From NCBI RefSeq assembly GCF_003334785.1, contig NZ_QOWV01000002.1: a stretch of 64,000 bases of DNA; one strand, 5' to 3'. Both the position numbers and the translations under genes were made by a program. The DNA is from Escherichia coli (GTDB taxonomy: Bacteria > Pseudomonadota > Gammaproteobacteria > Enterobacterales > Enterobacteriaceae). Under the pieces are notes generated by a model. It saw only the letters and a list, made by a program, of their open reading frames with translations, was not told the origin of the DNA and searched no databases. The stretch's first letter is position 1. Every line of letters begins with the position of its first letter. Below, piece after piece: positions 13,766 to 25,994 of the stretch.

Positions 13766-14623
13766 ATGTTGTACCTGACGAAAATAAGCAATGCGGGGAG
13801 TGAATTCACCGAAAACGAGCAAAAAATCGCTGACTTTCTGCAGGCCAACGTGAGTGAGCTGCAATCCGTTTCTTCACGGCAGATGGCGAAACAGCTCGGC
13901 ATTAGCCAGTCGAGCATAGTGAAATTTGCCCAAAAACTCGGCGCGCAAGGATTTACTGAATTGCGTATGGCGTTAATAGGCGAATACAGTGCCAGCCGGG
14001 AGAAAACGAATGCCACGGCACTGCACCTGCACAGTTCGATTACCAGTGATGATTCGCTGGAAGTGATCGCGCGCAAACTGAATCGCGAAAAAGAGCTGGC
14101 GCTGGAGCAAACCTGCGCGTTGCTCGATTACGCGCGGCTGCAAAAAATCATTGAGGTCATCAGTAAAGCACCGTTTATCCAGATAACGGGCCTGGGCGGA
14201 TCGGCGCTGGTGGGGCGCGATCTGTCGTTCAAACTGATGAAAATTGGCTATCGCGTGGCCTGCGAAGCCGACACGCACGTACAAGCCACCGTTTCCCAGG
14301 CGTTGAAAAAAGGCGATGTACAAATCGCTATCTCTTACAGCGGCAGTAAAAAAGAGATTGTCTTGTGCGCAGAAGCGGCACGAAAGCAGGGGGCAACGGT
14401 GATTGCCATTACTTCTCTGACTGACTCTCCGCTGCGGCGGCTGGCGCATTTCACCCTCGATACCGTTTCCGGAGAAACCGAATGGCGTAGCTCGTCGATG
14501 TCTACCCGCACGGCGCAAAATTCTGTTACCGATTTACTGTTTGTTGGCCTTGTGCAACTCAATGATGTGGAGTCATTGAAAATGATTCAGCGCAGCAGTG
14601 AGCTAACACAACGCCTGAAATGA
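13766..14623 (+). CDS. murR: RpiR/SIS-family transcriptional repressor MurR
   Basis: 285 aa from ATG at 13766 ([14 protein letters not shown]...); divergent from murQ. Confidence 0.9.
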   Translation: MLYLTKISNAGSEFTENEQKIADFLQANVSELQSVSSRQMAKQLGISQSSIVKFAQKLGAQGFTELRMALIGEYSASREKTNATALHLHSSITSDDSLEVIARKLNREKELALEQTCALLDYARLQKIIEVISKAPFIQITGLGGSALVGRDLSFKLMKIGYRVACEADTHVQATVSQALKKGDVQIAISYSGSKKEIVLCAEAARKQGATVIAITSLTDSPLRRLAHFTLDTVSGETEWRSSSMSTRTAQNSVTDLLFVGLVQLNDVESLKMIQRSSELTQRLK

Positions 14624-14751
14624 TGCATAAAGCAGCGACTGGATTGAGATTTTCCTGAATTAGTGAGCTGATCCGCAGCAATATTTTGTTTATCCTGTAT
14701 TTTCAGAGGGAATGGAGTGTAACGCTCTGTATTAACAAGGAGAGCATTAAA

Positions 14752-15543
14752 ATGGGTAAACTCACGGGCAAGACAGCACTGATTACGGGCGCATTGCAGG
14801 GAATTGGCGAAGGAATTGCCAGAACTTTTGCACGTCATGGCGCGAACCTAATCTTGCTGGATATCTCCCCTGAGATCGAAAAGCTGGCGGACGAACTGTG
14901 TGGTCGTGGTCATCGCTGTACGGCGGTTGTCGCCGATGTGCGTGACCCGGCGTCGGTAGCCGCAGCTATCAAACGCGCGAAGGAAAAAGAAGGGCGCATT
15001 GATATCCTGGTGAATAACGCAGGCGTTTGTCGTCTGGGCAGTTTCCTCGATATGAGCGATGACGATCGCGATTTCCATATTGACATCAATATTAAAGGCG
15101 TATGGAACGTCACGAAGGCGGTGCTGCCGGAGATGATTGCCCGCAAAGATGGTCGCATTGTGATGATGTCTTCAGTCACTGGTGATATGGTGGCCGATCC
15201 TGGCGAAACGGCGTACGCCTTAACGAAAGCGGCGATTGTTGGCCTGACAAAATCGCTGGCGGTGGAGTACGCGCAGTCTGGTATTCGCGTTAACGCCATT
15301 TGCCCGGGATACGTGCGCACACCAATGGCGGAAAGCATTGCCCGCCAGTCGAACCCGGAAGATCCAGAGTCGGTGCTGACTGAAATGGCGAAAGCAATCC
15401 CGATGCGTCGCCTCGCCGATCCGCTGGAAGTCGGCGAACTGGCGGCCTTCCTCGCATCGGATGAATCCAGCTATTTAACTGGTACACAGAATGTGATTGA
15501 TGGCGGCAGCACACTGCCGGAGACGGTTAGCGTCGGTATCTGA
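14752..15543 (+). CDS. ucpA: Short-chain dehydrogenase/reductase UcpA
   Basis: 263 aa from first ATG (MGKLTGKTALITGALQGIG, Rossmann motif); the ORF track begins at an upstream TTG. Confidence 0.9.
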   Translation: MGKLTGKTALITGALQGIGEGIARTFARHGANLILLDISPEIEKLADELCGRGHRCTAVVADVRDPASVAAAIKRAKEKEGRIDILVNNAGVCRLGSFLDMSDDDRDFHIDINIKGVWNVTKAVLPEMIARKDGRIVMMSSVTGDMVADPGETAYALTKAAIVGLTKSLAVEYAQSGIRVNAICPGYVRTPMAESIARQSNPEDPESVLTEMAKAIPMRRLADPLEVGELAAFLASDESSYLTGTQNVIDGGSTLPETVSVGI

Positions 15544-15846
15544 TTCACCTCTGTTTCCTCCCTGCATTTGTGGGGAGGATTTCGTCTTGAACTAAGTTCA
15601 CCAGGCTATTTTATTTGTCATTTTGGCCCCGGGCAGTGCTCGAAATCCTCACGTACTATGTGTACGCTCCGGTTTCTCCGCGCTGTTCGTGTCCAAACTG
15701 ACTGCAACAATTACGCCTGTTGAACCAAGTTCTTATTCCCTTTTCAACTTCCAAATCACCAAACGGTATATAAAACCGTTACTCCTTTCACGTCCGTTAT
15801 AAATATGATGGCTATTAGAAAGTCATTAAATTTATAAGGGTGCGCA

Positions 15847-16863
15847 ATGGCCGTTAACTTACTGAAAAAGAACTCACTCGCGCTGGTCGCTTCTCTGCTG
15901 CTGGCGGGCCATGTACAGGCAACGGAACTGCTGAACAGTTCTTATGACGTCTCCCGCGAGCTGTTTGCCGCCCTGAATCCGCCGTTTGAGCAACAATGGG
16001 CAAAAGATAACGGCGGCGACAAACTGACGATAAAACAATCTCATGCCGGGTCATCAAAACAGGCGCTGGCGATTTTACAGGGCTTAAAAGCCGACGTTGT
16101 CACTTATAACCAGGTGACCGACGTACAAATCCTGCACGATAAAGGCAAGCTGATCCCGGCCGACTGGCAGTCGCGCCTGCCGAATAATAGCTCGCCGTTC
16201 TACTCCACCATGGGCTTCCTGGTGCGTAAGGGTAACCCGAAGAATATCCACGATTGGAACGACCTGGTGCGCTCCGACGTGAAGCTGATTTTCCCGAACC
16301 CGAAAACGTCGGGTAACGCGCGTTATACCTATCTGGCGGCATGGGGCGCAGCGGATAAAGCTGACGGTGGTGACAAAGGCAAAACCGAACAGTTTATGAC
16401 CCAGTTCCTGAAAAACGTTGAAGTGTTCGATACTGGCGGTCGTGGCGCGACCACCACTTTTGCCGAGCGCGGCCTGGGCGATGTGCTGATTAGCTTCGAA
16501 TCGGAAGTGAACAACATCCGTAAACAGTATGAAGCGCAGGGCTTTGAAGTGGTGATTCCGAAAACCAACATTCTGGCGGAATTCCCGGTGGCGTGGGTTG
16601 ATAAAAACGTGCAGGCCAACGGTACGGAAAAAGCCGCCAAAGCCTATCTGAACTGGCTCTATAGCCCGCAGGCGCAAACCATCATCACCGACTATTACTA
16701 CCGCGTGAATAACCCGGAGGTGATGGACAAACTGAAAGACAAATTCCCGCAGACCGAGCTGTTCCGCGTGGAAGACAAATTTGGCTCCTGGCCGGAAGTG
16801 ATGAAAACCCACTTCACCAGCGGCGGCGAGTTAGACAAGCTGTTAGCGGCGGGGCGTAACTGA
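15847..16863 (+). CDS. cysP: Thiosulfate/sulfate-binding periplasmic protein
   Basis: 338-aa ORF with signal peptide; first gene of cysPUWAM. Confidence 0.95.
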
Positions 16864-17696
16864 TGTTTGCTGTCTCCTCCAGACGCGTGCTGCCGGGCTT
16901 TACCTTAAGCCTCGGCACCAGTCTGCTGTTTGTGTGCCTGATTTTGCTGCTGCCGCTCTCCGCGCTGGTGATGCAACTGGCCCAGATGAGCTGGGCGCAG
17001 TACTGGGAGGTGATCACCAACCCGCAGGTGGTCGCGGCCTACAAAGTAACGCTGCTGTCGGCGTTTGTGGCATCGATTTTTAACGGCGTTTTCGGTCTGC
17101 TGATGGCGTGGATCCTAACCCGCTATCGCTTCCCAGGCCGCACGCTGCTTGATGCGCTGATGGATTTACCCTTTGCGCTGCCAACGGCTGTCGCCGGTTT
17201 AACGCTGGCCTCGCTCTTTTCCGTAAACGGTTTTTACGGTGAATGGCTGGCGAAGTTTGATATCAAAGTCACCTATACATGGCTGGGGATTGCGGTGGCT
17301 ATGGCCTTTACCAGCATTCCGTTTGTGGTGCGTACCGTGCAGCCGGTGCTGGAAGAGTTAGGCCCGGAATATGAAGAAGCGGCGGAAACGCTTGGTGCAA
17401 CGCGCTGGCAGAGTTTCTGCAAAGTGGTGCTGCCGGAGCTTTCTCCGGCGCTGGTGGCGGGCGTGGCGCTGTCGTTTACCCGTAGTCTTGGTGAATTTGG
17501 CGCGGTGATTTTTATCGCCGGAAATATCGCGTGGAAGACGGAAGTGACGTCGCTGATGATTTTTGTGCGCTTACAGGAGTTTGATTACCCGGCAGCGAGC
17601 GCGATTGCTTCGGTGATCCTCGCGGCATCTCTGCTGCTGCTGTTCTCAATTAACACTCTGCAAAGTCGCTTTGGTCGGCGTGTGGTAGGTCATTAA
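16863..17696 (+). CDS. cysU: Sulfate/thiosulfate ABC transporter permease CysU (CysT)
   Basis: 277-aa ORF; start overlaps cysP stop (TGATG). Confidence 0.95.
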   Translation: MFAVSSRRVLPGFTLSLGTSLLFVCLILLLPLSALVMQLAQMSWAQYWEVITNPQVVAAYKVTLLSAFVASIFNGVFGLLMAWILTRYRFPGRTLLDALMDLPFALPTAVAGLTLASLFSVNGFYGEWLAKFDIKVTYTWLGIAVAMAFTSIPFVVRTVQPVLEELGPEYEEAAETLGATRWQSFCKVVLPELSPALVAGVALSFTRSLGEFGAVIFIAGNIAWKTEVTSLMIFVRLQEFDYPAASAIASVILAASLLLLFSINTLQSRFGRRVVGH

Positions 17697-18571
17697 TGGC
17701 GGAAGTTACCCAATTGAAGCGTTATGACGCGCGCCCGATTAACTGGGGCAAATGGTTTCTGATTGGCATCGGGATGCTGGTTTCGGCGTTCATCCTGCTG
17801 GTGCCGATGATTTACATCTTCGTGCAGGCATTCAGCAAGGGGCTGATGCCGGTTTTACAGAATCTGGCCGATCCGGACATGCTGCACGCCATCTGGCTGA
17901 CGGTGATGATCGCGCTGATTGCCGTACCGGTAAACCTGGTGTTCGGCATTCTGCTGGCCTGGCTGGTGACGCGCTTTAACTTCCCTGGACGCCAGTTACT
18001 GCTGACGCTACTGGACATTCCGTTTGCCGTATCGCCGGTGGTTGCCGGTCTGGTGTATTTGCTGTTCTACGGCTCTAACGGCCCGCTCGGCGGTTGGCTC
18101 GACGAGCATAACCTGCAAATTATGTTCTCCTGGCCGGGAATGGTGCTGGTCACCATCTTCGTGACGTGTCCGTTTGTGGTGCGCGAACTGGTGCCGGTGA
18201 TGTTAAGCCAGGGCAGCCAGGAAGACGAAGCGGCGATTTTGCTTGGCGCGTCCGGCTGGCAGATGTTCCGTCGCGTCACATTACCGAACATCCGCTGGGC
18301 GCTGCTTTATGGCGTGGTGTTGACCAACGCCCGCGCAATTGGCGAGTTTGGCGCGGTGTCGGTGGTTTCCGGCTCGATTCGCGGCGAAACCCTGTCGCTG
18401 CCGTTACAGATTGAATTGCTGGAGCAGGACTACAACACCGTCGGCTCCTTTACCGCTGCGGCGCTGTTAACGCTGATGGCGATTATCACCCTGTTTTTAA
18501 AAAGTATGTTGCAGTGGCGCCTGGAGAATCAGGAAAAACGCGCACAGCAGGAGGAACATCATGAGCATTGA
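17696..18571 (+). CDS. cysW: Sulfate/thiosulfate ABC transporter permease CysW
   Basis: 291-aa ORF; start overlaps cysU stop (TAATG). Confidence 0.95.
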   Translation: MAEVTQLKRYDARPINWGKWFLIGIGMLVSAFILLVPMIYIFVQAFSKGLMPVLQNLADPDMLHAIWLTVMIALIAVPVNLVFGILLAWLVTRFNFPGRQLLLTLLDIPFAVSPVVAGLVYLLFYGSNGPLGGWLDEHNLQIMFSWPGMVLVTIFVTCPFVVRELVPVMLSQGSQEDEAAILLGASGWQMFRRVTLPNIRWALLYGVVLTNARAIGEFGAVSVVSGSIRGETLSLPLQIELLEQDYNTVGSFTAAALLTLMAIITLFLKSMLQWRLENQEKRAQQEEHHEH

Positions 18572-19658
18572 GATTGCCAATATTAAGAAGTCGTTTGGTC
18601 GCACCCAGGTGCTGAACGATATCTCACTGGATATTCCTTCAGGTCAGATGGTCGCGTTGCTGGGGCCGTCCGGTTCCGGGAAAACCACGCTGCTGCGCAT
18701 TATCGCCGGGCTGGAGCATCAAACCAGCGGGCATATTCGCTTCCACGGCACCGACGTGAGCCGCCTGCACGCACGTGATCGTAAAGTCGGTTTCGTGTTC
18801 CAGCATTACGCGCTGTTCCGCCATATGACGGTGTTCGACAATATCGCTTTTGGCCTGACGGTGCTGCCGCGTCGCGAGCGCCCGAATGCCGCAGCCATCA
18901 AAGCGAAAGTGACAAAATTGCTGGAAATGGTCCAGCTTGCCCATCTGGCGGATCGTTATCCGGCGCAGCTTTCCGGCGGCCAGAAACAGCGCGTGGCGCT
19001 GGCGCGCGCGCTGGCTGTGGAACCGCAAATTCTGCTGCTTGATGAACCGTTTGGCGCGCTGGATGCGCAGGTGCGTAAAGAGCTGCGTCGCTGGCTGCGT
19101 CAACTCCATGAAGAACTAAAATTCACCAGCGTTTTTGTGACCCACGATCAGGAAGAAGCGACCGAAGTAGCTGATCGTGTAGTTGTGATGAGCCAGGGCA
19201 ATATTGAACAGGCTGACGCGCCGGATCAGGTATGGCGCGAACCGGCGACCCGTTTTGTGCTCGAATTTATGGGCGAAGTGAACCGCCTGCAGGGAACCAT
19301 TCGCGGCGGGCAGTTCCATGTTGGCGCGCATCGCTGGCCGCTGGGCTACACACCTGCGTATCAGGGGCCGGTGGATCTCTTCCTGCGCCCTTGGGAAGTG
19401 GATATCAGCCGCCGTACCAGCCTCGATTCGCCGCTGCCGGTACAGGTACTGGAAGCCAGCCCGAAAGGTCACTACACCCAATTAGTGGTGCAGCCGCTGG
19501 GGTGGTACAACGAACCGCTGACGGTCGTGATGCATGGCGACGATGCCCCGCAGCGTGGCGAGCGTTTATTCGTTGGTCTGCAACATGCGCGGCTGTATAA
19601 CGGCGACGAGCGTATCGAAACCCGCGATGAGGAACTTGCTCTCGCACAAAGCGCCTGA
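18561..19658 (+). CDS. cysA: Sulfate/thiosulfate ABC transporter ATP-binding protein
   Basis: 365-aa ORF; Walker [10 protein letters not shown] and LSGGQ signature; 11-nt overlap with cysW. Confidence 0.95.
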   Translation: MSIEIANIKKSFGRTQVLNDISLDIPSGQMVALLGPSGSGKTTLLRIIAGLEHQTSGHIRFHGTDVSRLHARDRKVGFVFQHYALFRHMTVFDNIAFGLTVLPRRERPNAAAIKAKVTKLLEMVQLAHLADRYPAQLSGGQKQRVALARALAVEPQILLLDEPFGALDAQVRKELRRWLRQLHEELKFTSVFVTHDQEEATEVADRVVVMSQGNIEQADAPDQVWREPATRFVLEFMGEVNRLQGTIRGGQFHVGAHRWPLGYTPAYQGPVDLFLRPWEVDISRRTSLDSPLPVQVLEASPKGHYTQLVVQPLGWYNEPLTVVMHGDDAPQRGERLFVGLQHARLYNGDERIETRDEELALAQSA

Positions 19659-19732
19659 TAGGTTGAGTGAATGTTAAACGCCCGGAGGCGCTTCCCGCGA
19701 TCCGGGCTTTTTAATGGCAAGGTTTGTAACCT

Positions 19733-19770
19733 GTAGACCTGATAAGACGCGCAAGCGTCGCATCAGGCAA
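19733..19770. repeat. Single REP element
   Basis: CCTGATAAGACGCGCAAGCGTCGCATCAGGC palindrome between cysA and cysM. Confidence 0.8.
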
Positions 19771-19791
19771 CACCACGTATGGATAGAGATC

Positions 19792-20703
19792 GTGAGTACA
19801 TTAGAACAAACAATAGGCAATACGCCTCTGGTGAAGTTGCAGCGAATGGGGCCGGATAACGGCAGTGAAGTGTGGTTAAAACTGGAAGGCAATAACCCGG
19901 CAGGTTCGGTGAAAGATCGTGCGGCACTTTCGATGATCGTCGAGGCGGAAAAGCGCGGGGAAATTAAACCGGGTGATGTCTTAATCGAAGCCACCAGTGG
20001 TAACACCGGCATTGCGCTGGCAATGATTGCCGCGCTGAAAGGCTATCGCATGAAATTGCTGATGCCCGACAACATGAGCCAGGAACGCCGTGCGGCGATG
20101 CGTGCTTATGGTGCGGAACTGATTCTTGTCACCAAAGAGCAGGGCATGGAAGGTGCGCGCGATCTGGCGCTGGAGATGGCGAATCGTGGCGAAGGAAAGC
20201 TGCTCGATCAGTTCAATAATCCCGATAACCCTTATGCGCATTACACCACCACTGGGCCGGAAATCTGGCAGCAAACCGGCGGGCGCATCACTCATTTTGT
20301 CTCCAGCATGGGGACGACCGGCACTATCACCGGCGTCTCACGCTTTATGCGCGAACAATCCAAACCGGTGACCATTGTCGGCCTGCAACCGGAAGAGGGC
20401 AGCAGCATTCCCGGCATTCGCCGCTGGCCTACGGAATATCTGCCGGGGATTTTCAACGCTTCTCTGGTGGATGAGGTGCTGGATATTCATCAGCGCGATG
20501 CGGAAAACACCATGCGCGAACTGGCGGTGCGGGAAGGAATATTCTGTGGCGTCAGCTCCGGCGGCGCGGTTGCCGGAGCACTGCGGGTGGCAAAAGCTAA
20601 CCCTGACGCGGTGGTGGTGGCGATCATCTGCGATCGTGGCGATCGCTACCTTTCTACCGGGGTGTTTGGGGAAGAGCATTTTAGCCAGGGGGCGGGGATT
20701 TAA
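19792..20703 (+). CDS. cysM: Cysteine synthase B (O-acetylserine sulfhydrylase B)
   Basis: 303 aa from GTG at 19792 (STLEQTIGNTPLVKLQRMGPDNG...); PLP lysine motif SVKDRA. Confidence 0.93.
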   Translation: MSTLEQTIGNTPLVKLQRMGPDNGSEVWLKLEGNNPAGSVKDRAALSMIVEAEKRGEIKPGDVLIEATSGNTGIALAMIAALKGYRMKLLMPDNMSQERRAAMRAYGAELILVTKEQGMEGARDLALEMANRGEGKLLDQFNNPDNPYAHYTTTGPEIWQQTGGRITHFVSSMGTTGTITGVSRFMREQSKPVTIVGLQPEEGSSIPGIRRWPTEYLPGIFNASLVDEVLDIHQRDAENTMRELAVREGIFCGVSSGGAVAGALRVAKANPDAVVVAIICDRGDRYLSTGVFGEEHFSQGAGI

Positions 20704-20742
20704 GGATTAATAGCATCGGAGACTGATGACAAACGCAAAACT

Positions 20743-20840
<98 letters not shown>

Positions 20841-20891
20841 ATAAACAAAGCGCACTTTTTTAACAGTTGTTGCTGCCGACAAATGCAGTAT

Positions 20892-21626
20892 TTAATTTTC
20901 GTGAGGAAACGCCGTAAGGTCATCAATCATTTTTTGAAGTATTGGTGAGTCCTGACCGTCACCCCATTGAAGAATTTTTGCGGTAAGCTGATGACGCGCT
21001 AGTGCATTGAGTCCCATCTTTTTAAGTTTATGGGAGATTTTACCCATGACTTTAATCTGACCGAATGCAGTTGCGTAGGTAATCATATTGCTCTGGATAG
21101 TGCTCATTTCATCGACTAGTAATTGCGCACGAACATCCTCTTCAAGAATACTGTCCATAGCGATGTATTTCATACCCCACATAGTTTCAATTAACATTTG
21201 AGGGAAATCAGCACAGTCCAGATCCGGCTCTTTACGGAGGCTATTTTCAAGAACGTTTAGAGCATCAGCACCTTCATCGCTGCCAAAAGGAGATTCTTCA
21301 TCCCAGCAACACATATAAAGTGGATCAGTAAAATGGCACTGGAAGTTTGGGTGTGACGTTTTAACATGTAACCCAATTTCTTCATCATCAAAATAGTAGC
21401 GATCCATGAAGTTAAACTTTGGATCTTCTTGATAGCCTTTCTTCATTTTTGCGGCAATCAATTTACTGGCTTCTTTCAGACACTGTTCTTCATTATCGAA
21501 CTCTTTTGTCTGGAATTTACCAATACTACCTACCTTGCCATAGTTGACAGCTAAACTATCCCCTTCGTAATCTATCCACCAAAATTTATTCGATTTTTCA
21601 TCGTGATAAATAAAGCGTTTTTTCAT
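20892..21626 (-). CDS. yfeS: Uncharacterised protein YfeS (WGR-domain-like N-terminus)
   Basis: 244-aa ORF (MKKRFIYHDEKSNKFWWIDYEGDS...); visibly AT-rich coding sequence. Confidence 0.8.
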   Translation of the reverse strand: MKKRFIYHDEKSNKFWWIDYEGDSLAVNYGKVGSIGKFQTKEFDNEEQCLKEASKLIAAKMKKGYQEDPKFNFMDRYYFDDEEIGLHVKTSHPNFQCHFTDPLYMCCWDEESPFGSDEGADALNVLENSLRKEPDLDCADFPQMLIETMWGMKYIAMDSILEEDVRAQLLVDEMSTIQSNMITYATAFGQIKVMGKISHKLKKMGLNALARHQLTAKILQWGDGQDSPILQKMIDDLTAFPHEN

Positions 21627-21658
21627 GTTACCTCCTGTAAATGCCTTCCCAAAGCGGA

Positions 21659-22033
21659 TTAATTTCCTTCCGCAGGCACCGTTTTATCCGTCTGCGCAAT
21701 TAACGCATGTAAAAAAGGCTGTGCGTTCTCATCGCTCTTACCGGGGATCTTCACAATATACGGCTTCCCAGTAATCGATGACGACGAAGCAACCTTATCA
21801 ATAAACTGCTCGGCAGTGTCAATGCGGTTACGGGTATTGCCGAGCTTCAGACGCAGATGAGAAACCGCTTCATAGCAGGTATGTTCATCACCGTTGCGCA
21901 CAAATATCAAATCCTTTTTCTGTGCTAATCCCTCCAGCATGGCGTTGATGCGGGCTTCTTCATGGGCAGTTAACTTCGCGTAAACGGGGAGTGTCATTAG
22001 TAGTGTAATGACCAGACAAATGATTTTCTTCAT
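21659..22033 (-). CDS. yfeK: Small secreted protein YfeK
   Basis: 124-aa ORF with N-terminal signal peptide ([19 protein letters not shown]). Confidence 0.8.
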
Positions 22034-22058
22034 TGAATTACCTTATCCTTGTTTTGTG

Positions 22059-22101
<43 letters not shown>

Positions 22102-22137
22102 TTACGATGAGGATCATCGGCAAGGAGAAAAAATTAA

Positions 22138-22989
22138 ATGAGTAGTTTGTTGTTGTTTAACGATAAGAGTAGGGCACTGCAGGCGGATATCGTCGCTGTG
22201 CAGTCGCAGGTGGTTTACGGCAGCGTGGGCAACAGCATTGCCGTGCCTGCTATCAAACAGAACGGCCTGAATGTCTTTGCCGTGCCGACGGTATTGCTGA
22301 GCAATACGCCGCATTATGACACTTTCTACGGTGGTGCGATTCCGGACGAATGGTTTAGCGGCTATTTGCGTGCGCTTCAGGAGCGTGATGCGCTGCGCCA
22401 ACTTCGTGCTGTAACCACGGGCTATATGGGAACGGCATCGCAAATCAAAATCCTTGCCGAGTGGCTGACTGCGCTACGCAAAGACCATCCTGACCTATTG
22501 ATCATGGTCGATCCGGTGATTGGCGATATTGATAGCGGAATTTATGTCAAACCTGACCTTCCCGAAGCGTATCGACAATATTTACTGCCGCTGGCGCAGG
22601 GAATTACCCCCAATATCTTTGAGTTGGAAATCCTGACCGGTAAAAATTGCCGCGATCTCGACAGTGCCATTGCTGCCGCAAAAAGTCTGCTTTCAGACAC
22701 ATTAAAATGGGTGGTGGTTACCAGCGCCTCCGGTAATGAAGAAAATCAGGAGATGCAGGTTGTGGTGGTCACTGCCGACAGCGTGAATGTCATTTCCCAT
22801 TCACGGGTAAAAACCGACCTGAAAGGGACTGGCGACCTGTTTTGTGCTCAGCTCATCAGTGGCTTGCTGAAAGGGAAGGCGTTAACCGATGCAGTGCACC
22901 GAGCGGGGTTGCGCGTACTGGAAGTGATGCGCTACACCCAGCAGCATGAGAGCGATGAATTGATTTTGCCGCCGCTGGCGGAAGCATAA
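22138..22989 (+). CDS. pdxK: Pyridoxal/pyridoxine/pyridoxamine kinase
   Basis: 283-aa ORF; ribokinase-like fold; conserved position next to crr. Confidence 0.92.
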   Translation: MSSLLLFNDKSRALQADIVAVQSQVVYGSVGNSIAVPAIKQNGLNVFAVPTVLLSNTPHYDTFYGGAIPDEWFSGYLRALQERDALRQLRAVTTGYMGTASQIKILAEWLTALRKDHPDLLIMVDPVIGDIDSGIYVKPDLPEAYRQYLLPLAQGITPNIFELEILTGKNCRDLDSAIAAAKSLLSDTLKWVVVTSASGNEENQEMQVVVVTADSVNVISHSRVKTDLKGTGDLFCAQLISGLLKGKALTDAVHRAGLRVLEVMRYTQQHESDELILPPLAEA

Positions 22990-23017
22990 AAAAATGGCGC
23001 CGATGGGCGCCATTTTT
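22987..23017. terminator. Bidirectional intrinsic terminator shared by convergent pdxK and crr
   Basis: AAAAAAA-TGGCGCC-GATG-GGCGCCA-TTTTT. Confidence 0.8.
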
Positions 23018-23031
23018 CACTGCGGCAAGAA

Positions 23032-23541
23032 TTACTTCTTGATGCGGATAACCGGGGTTTCACCCACGGTTACGCTACCGGACAGTTTGATCAGTTCTTT
23101 GATTTCGTCCATGTTGGAGATAACAACCGGAGTCAGGGTAGACTTGGCTTTCTCTTCCAGCAGCGGCAGATCAAATTCAATGACAGTATCGCCAACTTTC
23201 ACGCGCTGACCTTCTTCAGCAATACGCTTGAAGCCTTCGCCTTTCAGTTCAACGGTGTCGATACCGAAGTGGACGAACAGTTCAACGCCGCTATCAGATT
23301 CGATAGAGAATGCGTGGTTGGTTTCAAAGATTTTACCAATGGTGCCGTCTACTGGCGCGACCATTTTGTTACCCGTTGGTTTGATAGCAATACCATCACC
23401 AACGATTTTTTCCGCAAAAACGACATCCGGCACGTCTTCGATATTGACGATCTCGCCAGAGAGCGGAGCAATGATCTCAATAGTTCCGGTATCCTTCTTG
23501 TCGTCGGAAACCAGAGATTTCAGTTTATCGAACAAACCCAT
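23032..23541 (-). CDS. crr: Glucose-specific PTS enzyme IIA (EIIA-Glc)
   Basis: 169-aa ORF ([39 protein letters not shown]...). Confidence 0.97.
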
Positions 23542-23581
23542 GATCTTCTCCTAAGCAGTAAATTGGGCCGCATCTCGTGGA

Positions 23582-25309
23582 TTAGCAGATTGTTTTTTCT
23601 TCAATGAACTTGTTAACCAGCGTCATTAACTCGTCCGTTGTCGGTTGAGCAAGAGCCTGCTCTGCTAACACCTTCGCATCTTCGAAGTTCGTGTTACGGA
23701 TAATCTTCTTAATGCGCGGGATAGAAATGGCGCTCATAGAGAATTCGTCCAGACCCATCCCCAGCAACAGAAGTGTAGCACGTTCATCGCCAGCAAGCTC
23801 ACCACACATGCCAGTCCATTTGCCTTCAGCATGAGAAGCATCAATAACTTGCTTGATCAAGTTCAGCACGGACGGTGACATTGGCTGGTAAAGGTGTGAA
23901 ATCATATCATTACCACGGTCAACTGCCAGAGTGTACTGCGTTAAATCATTGGTGCCGATACTAAAGAAATCAACTTCTTTGGCTAAATGACGTGCAATTG
24001 TTGCGGCAGCCGGTGTTTCCACCATTACGCCGATTTCAATTGACTCGTCAAACGCTTTACCTTCGTCGCGCAGTTCCTGTTTGTAGATTTCGATCTCTTT
24101 GCGCAGTGCACGCACTTCTTCAACAGAGATGATCATCGGGAACATAATGCGCAATTTACCGAAAGCCGAGGCACGCAGGATAGCGCGGAGCTGATCGCGC
24201 AGGATCTCTCTACGATCCATCGCGATACGGATAGCGCGCCAGCCGAGGAACGGGTTCTCTTCTTTCGGGAAGTTCATGTATGGCAGCTCTTTGTCGCCGC
24301 CGATGTCCATGGTACGAACGATAACCGCTTGCGAGCCACACGCTTCAGCCACTGCTTTGTAAGCAGCAAACTGTTCTTCTTCAGTGGGCAGTGCGTCGCG
24401 GTCCATGAACAGGAACTCAGTACGATACAGACCAACGCCTTCAGCGCCGTTACGCTCTGCACCTTCAACGTCACGAACCGTACCAATGTTAGCGCATACT
24501 TCTACCTGGTGACCGTCCAGCGTAATAGCTGGCAGATCTTTCAGTTTAGCAAGCTCTGCTTTTTCAGAAGCCACTTGCTCCTGAACAGCGCGCATTTTAT
24601 CAATAACTTCGTTGGTTGGATTGACGTAAACCTGATTATTTACGGCATCCAGAATCAGATAGTCGTCATTTTTCACCTGAGAGGTGACGCTACCGGTACC
24701 CACGATAGCAGGTAGTTCCAGAGAACGCGCCATGATAGAGGTGTGGGAAGTACGGCCACCCGCGTCGGTGATGAAACCCAGCACCTTCTTCAGGTTCAGC
24801 TGTGCGGTTTCGGACGGCGTCAGGTCAGCGGCAACCAGAATGACTTCATCCTGAATGGCGCTCAGGTCGATAATCTTCAGGCCCAGGATGTTGCGCAGCA
24901 GGCGCTTACCGATATCACGTACGTCAGCCGCACGTTCTTTCAGGTATTCATCATCCAGCTCTTCCAGGGCAGAAGCCTGACCTTCGATAACTTCATGAGC
25001 AGCTGCGTCAGCTGTCATGTGCTTATCTTTAATCAGGGCTATGATTTCCTGCTCCAGCTCCTCATCTTCGAGCAGCATAATATGCCCTTCAAAGATGGCT
25101 TCTTTTTCTTCACCGAACGTTTCACCAGCTTTCGTTTTGATCGTTTCCAGCTGGGCTGATGCCTTGGCACGACCGCTCAGAAAACGTTCAACTTCCTGAT
25201 CAACCTGGTCGGCAGAAATTTTTTTCCGGTCAATGACAATTTCGTCTTCTTTCAGAAGCAGAGCTTTACCGAAAGCGATACCCGGGGATGCTAAAATGCC
25301 TGAAATCAT
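23582..25309 (-). CDS. ptsI: PTS enzyme I (phosphoenolpyruvate-protein phosphotransferase)
   Basis: 575-aa ORF ([19 protein letters not shown]...). Confidence 0.97.
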   Translation of the reverse strand: MISGILASPGIAFGKALLLKEDEIVIDRKKISADQVDQEVERFLSGRAKASAQLETIKTKAGETFGEEKEAIFEGHIMLLEDEELEQEIIALIKDKHMTADAAAHEVIEGQASALEELDDEYLKERAADVRDIGKRLLRNILGLKIIDLSAIQDEVILVAADLTPSETAQLNLKKVLGFITDAGGRTSHTSIMARSLELPAIVGTGSVTSQVKNDDYLILDAVNNQVYVNPTNEVIDKMRAVQEQVASEKAELAKLKDLPAITLDGHQVEVCANIGTVRDVEGAERNGAEGVGLYRTEFLFMDRDALPTEEEQFAAYKAVAEACGSQAVIVRTMDIGGDKELPYMNFPKEENPFLGWRAIRIAMDRREILRDQLRAILRASAFGKLRIMFPMIISVEEVRALRKEIEIYKQELRDEGKAFDESIEIGVMVETPAAATIARHLAKEVDFFSIGTNDLTQYTLAVDRGNDMISHLYQPMSPSVLNLIKQVIDASHAEGKWTGMCGELAGDERATLLLLGMGLDEFSMSAISIPRIKKIIRNTNFEDAKVLAEQALAQPTTDELMTLVNKFIEEKTIC

Positions 25310-25353
25310 AACCCTACCTTACTTGTGACTGATTTTTAAAAGAACCCGGGAAA

Positions 25354-25611
25354 TTACTCGAGTTCCGCCATCAGTTTAACCAGATGTTCAACCGCTTTCT
25401 GCTCGTCTTCGCCTTCTGCGGAGATAGTCACAACGGTACCTTGAGTCAGGCCCAGAGTCTGCAGTTTAAACAGGCTTTTCGCGCTGGCGCTTTTGCCGTT
25501 GGAAGTCACAGTAATTTCAGAAGTGAAGCCCTTAGCTTCTTTTACAAACTGGGCAGCAGGGCGGGTGTGCAGACCGTTCGGAGCGGTAATGGTAACTTCT
25601 TGCTGGAACAT
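25354..25611 (-). CDS. ptsH: Phosphocarrier protein HPr
   Basis: 85-aa ORF ([27 protein letters not shown]...), active-site His15 context. Confidence 0.97.
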
Positions 25612-25944
25612 TGTATTTCCCCAACTTATAGGTTTAGTGTTGTGGAACTAAAGTCTAGCCTGGCGGTTCGACTTTAGCCTGTATTGTTAGCGCCAGTTTT
25701 TAACAGACGCGACGCACGAAGAGCGCAATACAGTCCATTGCTGGCGGGTGTTGACCGCTGACGTTTCGTACGTCATTAAACATTATGCCGCTAAAGGAAG
25801 AATTGAACCAAATCATAAAATCGATTCAGCTTTGGCTTTTCCTGTAACGATTAATTTCGCGCATCAAAATAATTAGTCTGGTTAAATACCAGTTCCGACA
25901 GGCTGAATCAATGCCAGGAGGGGCGAAAGTTTGAAGCAGGCCAC

Positions 25945-25972
25945 AAAAAAGCACCTAAAAAGGTGCTTTTTT
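25945..25972. terminator. Intrinsic terminator downstream of cysK (bidirectional architecture)
   Basis: AAAAAA-GCACC-TAAAAA-GGTGC-TTTTTT, 25-50 nt beyond the cysK stop on the minus strand. Confidence 0.75.
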
Positions 25973-25994
25973 ACGCATTTTTAACAAGCTGGCA

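Noticed and set aside
16084-16812. 242-aa minus-strand ORF inside cysP
   Set aside because: Antisense shadow ORF. Similar long antisense frames occur inside nupC (43547..44311), glk (48329..49021), ypdF (50988..51776), ligA (30303..30944) and eutB, and are treated the same way.
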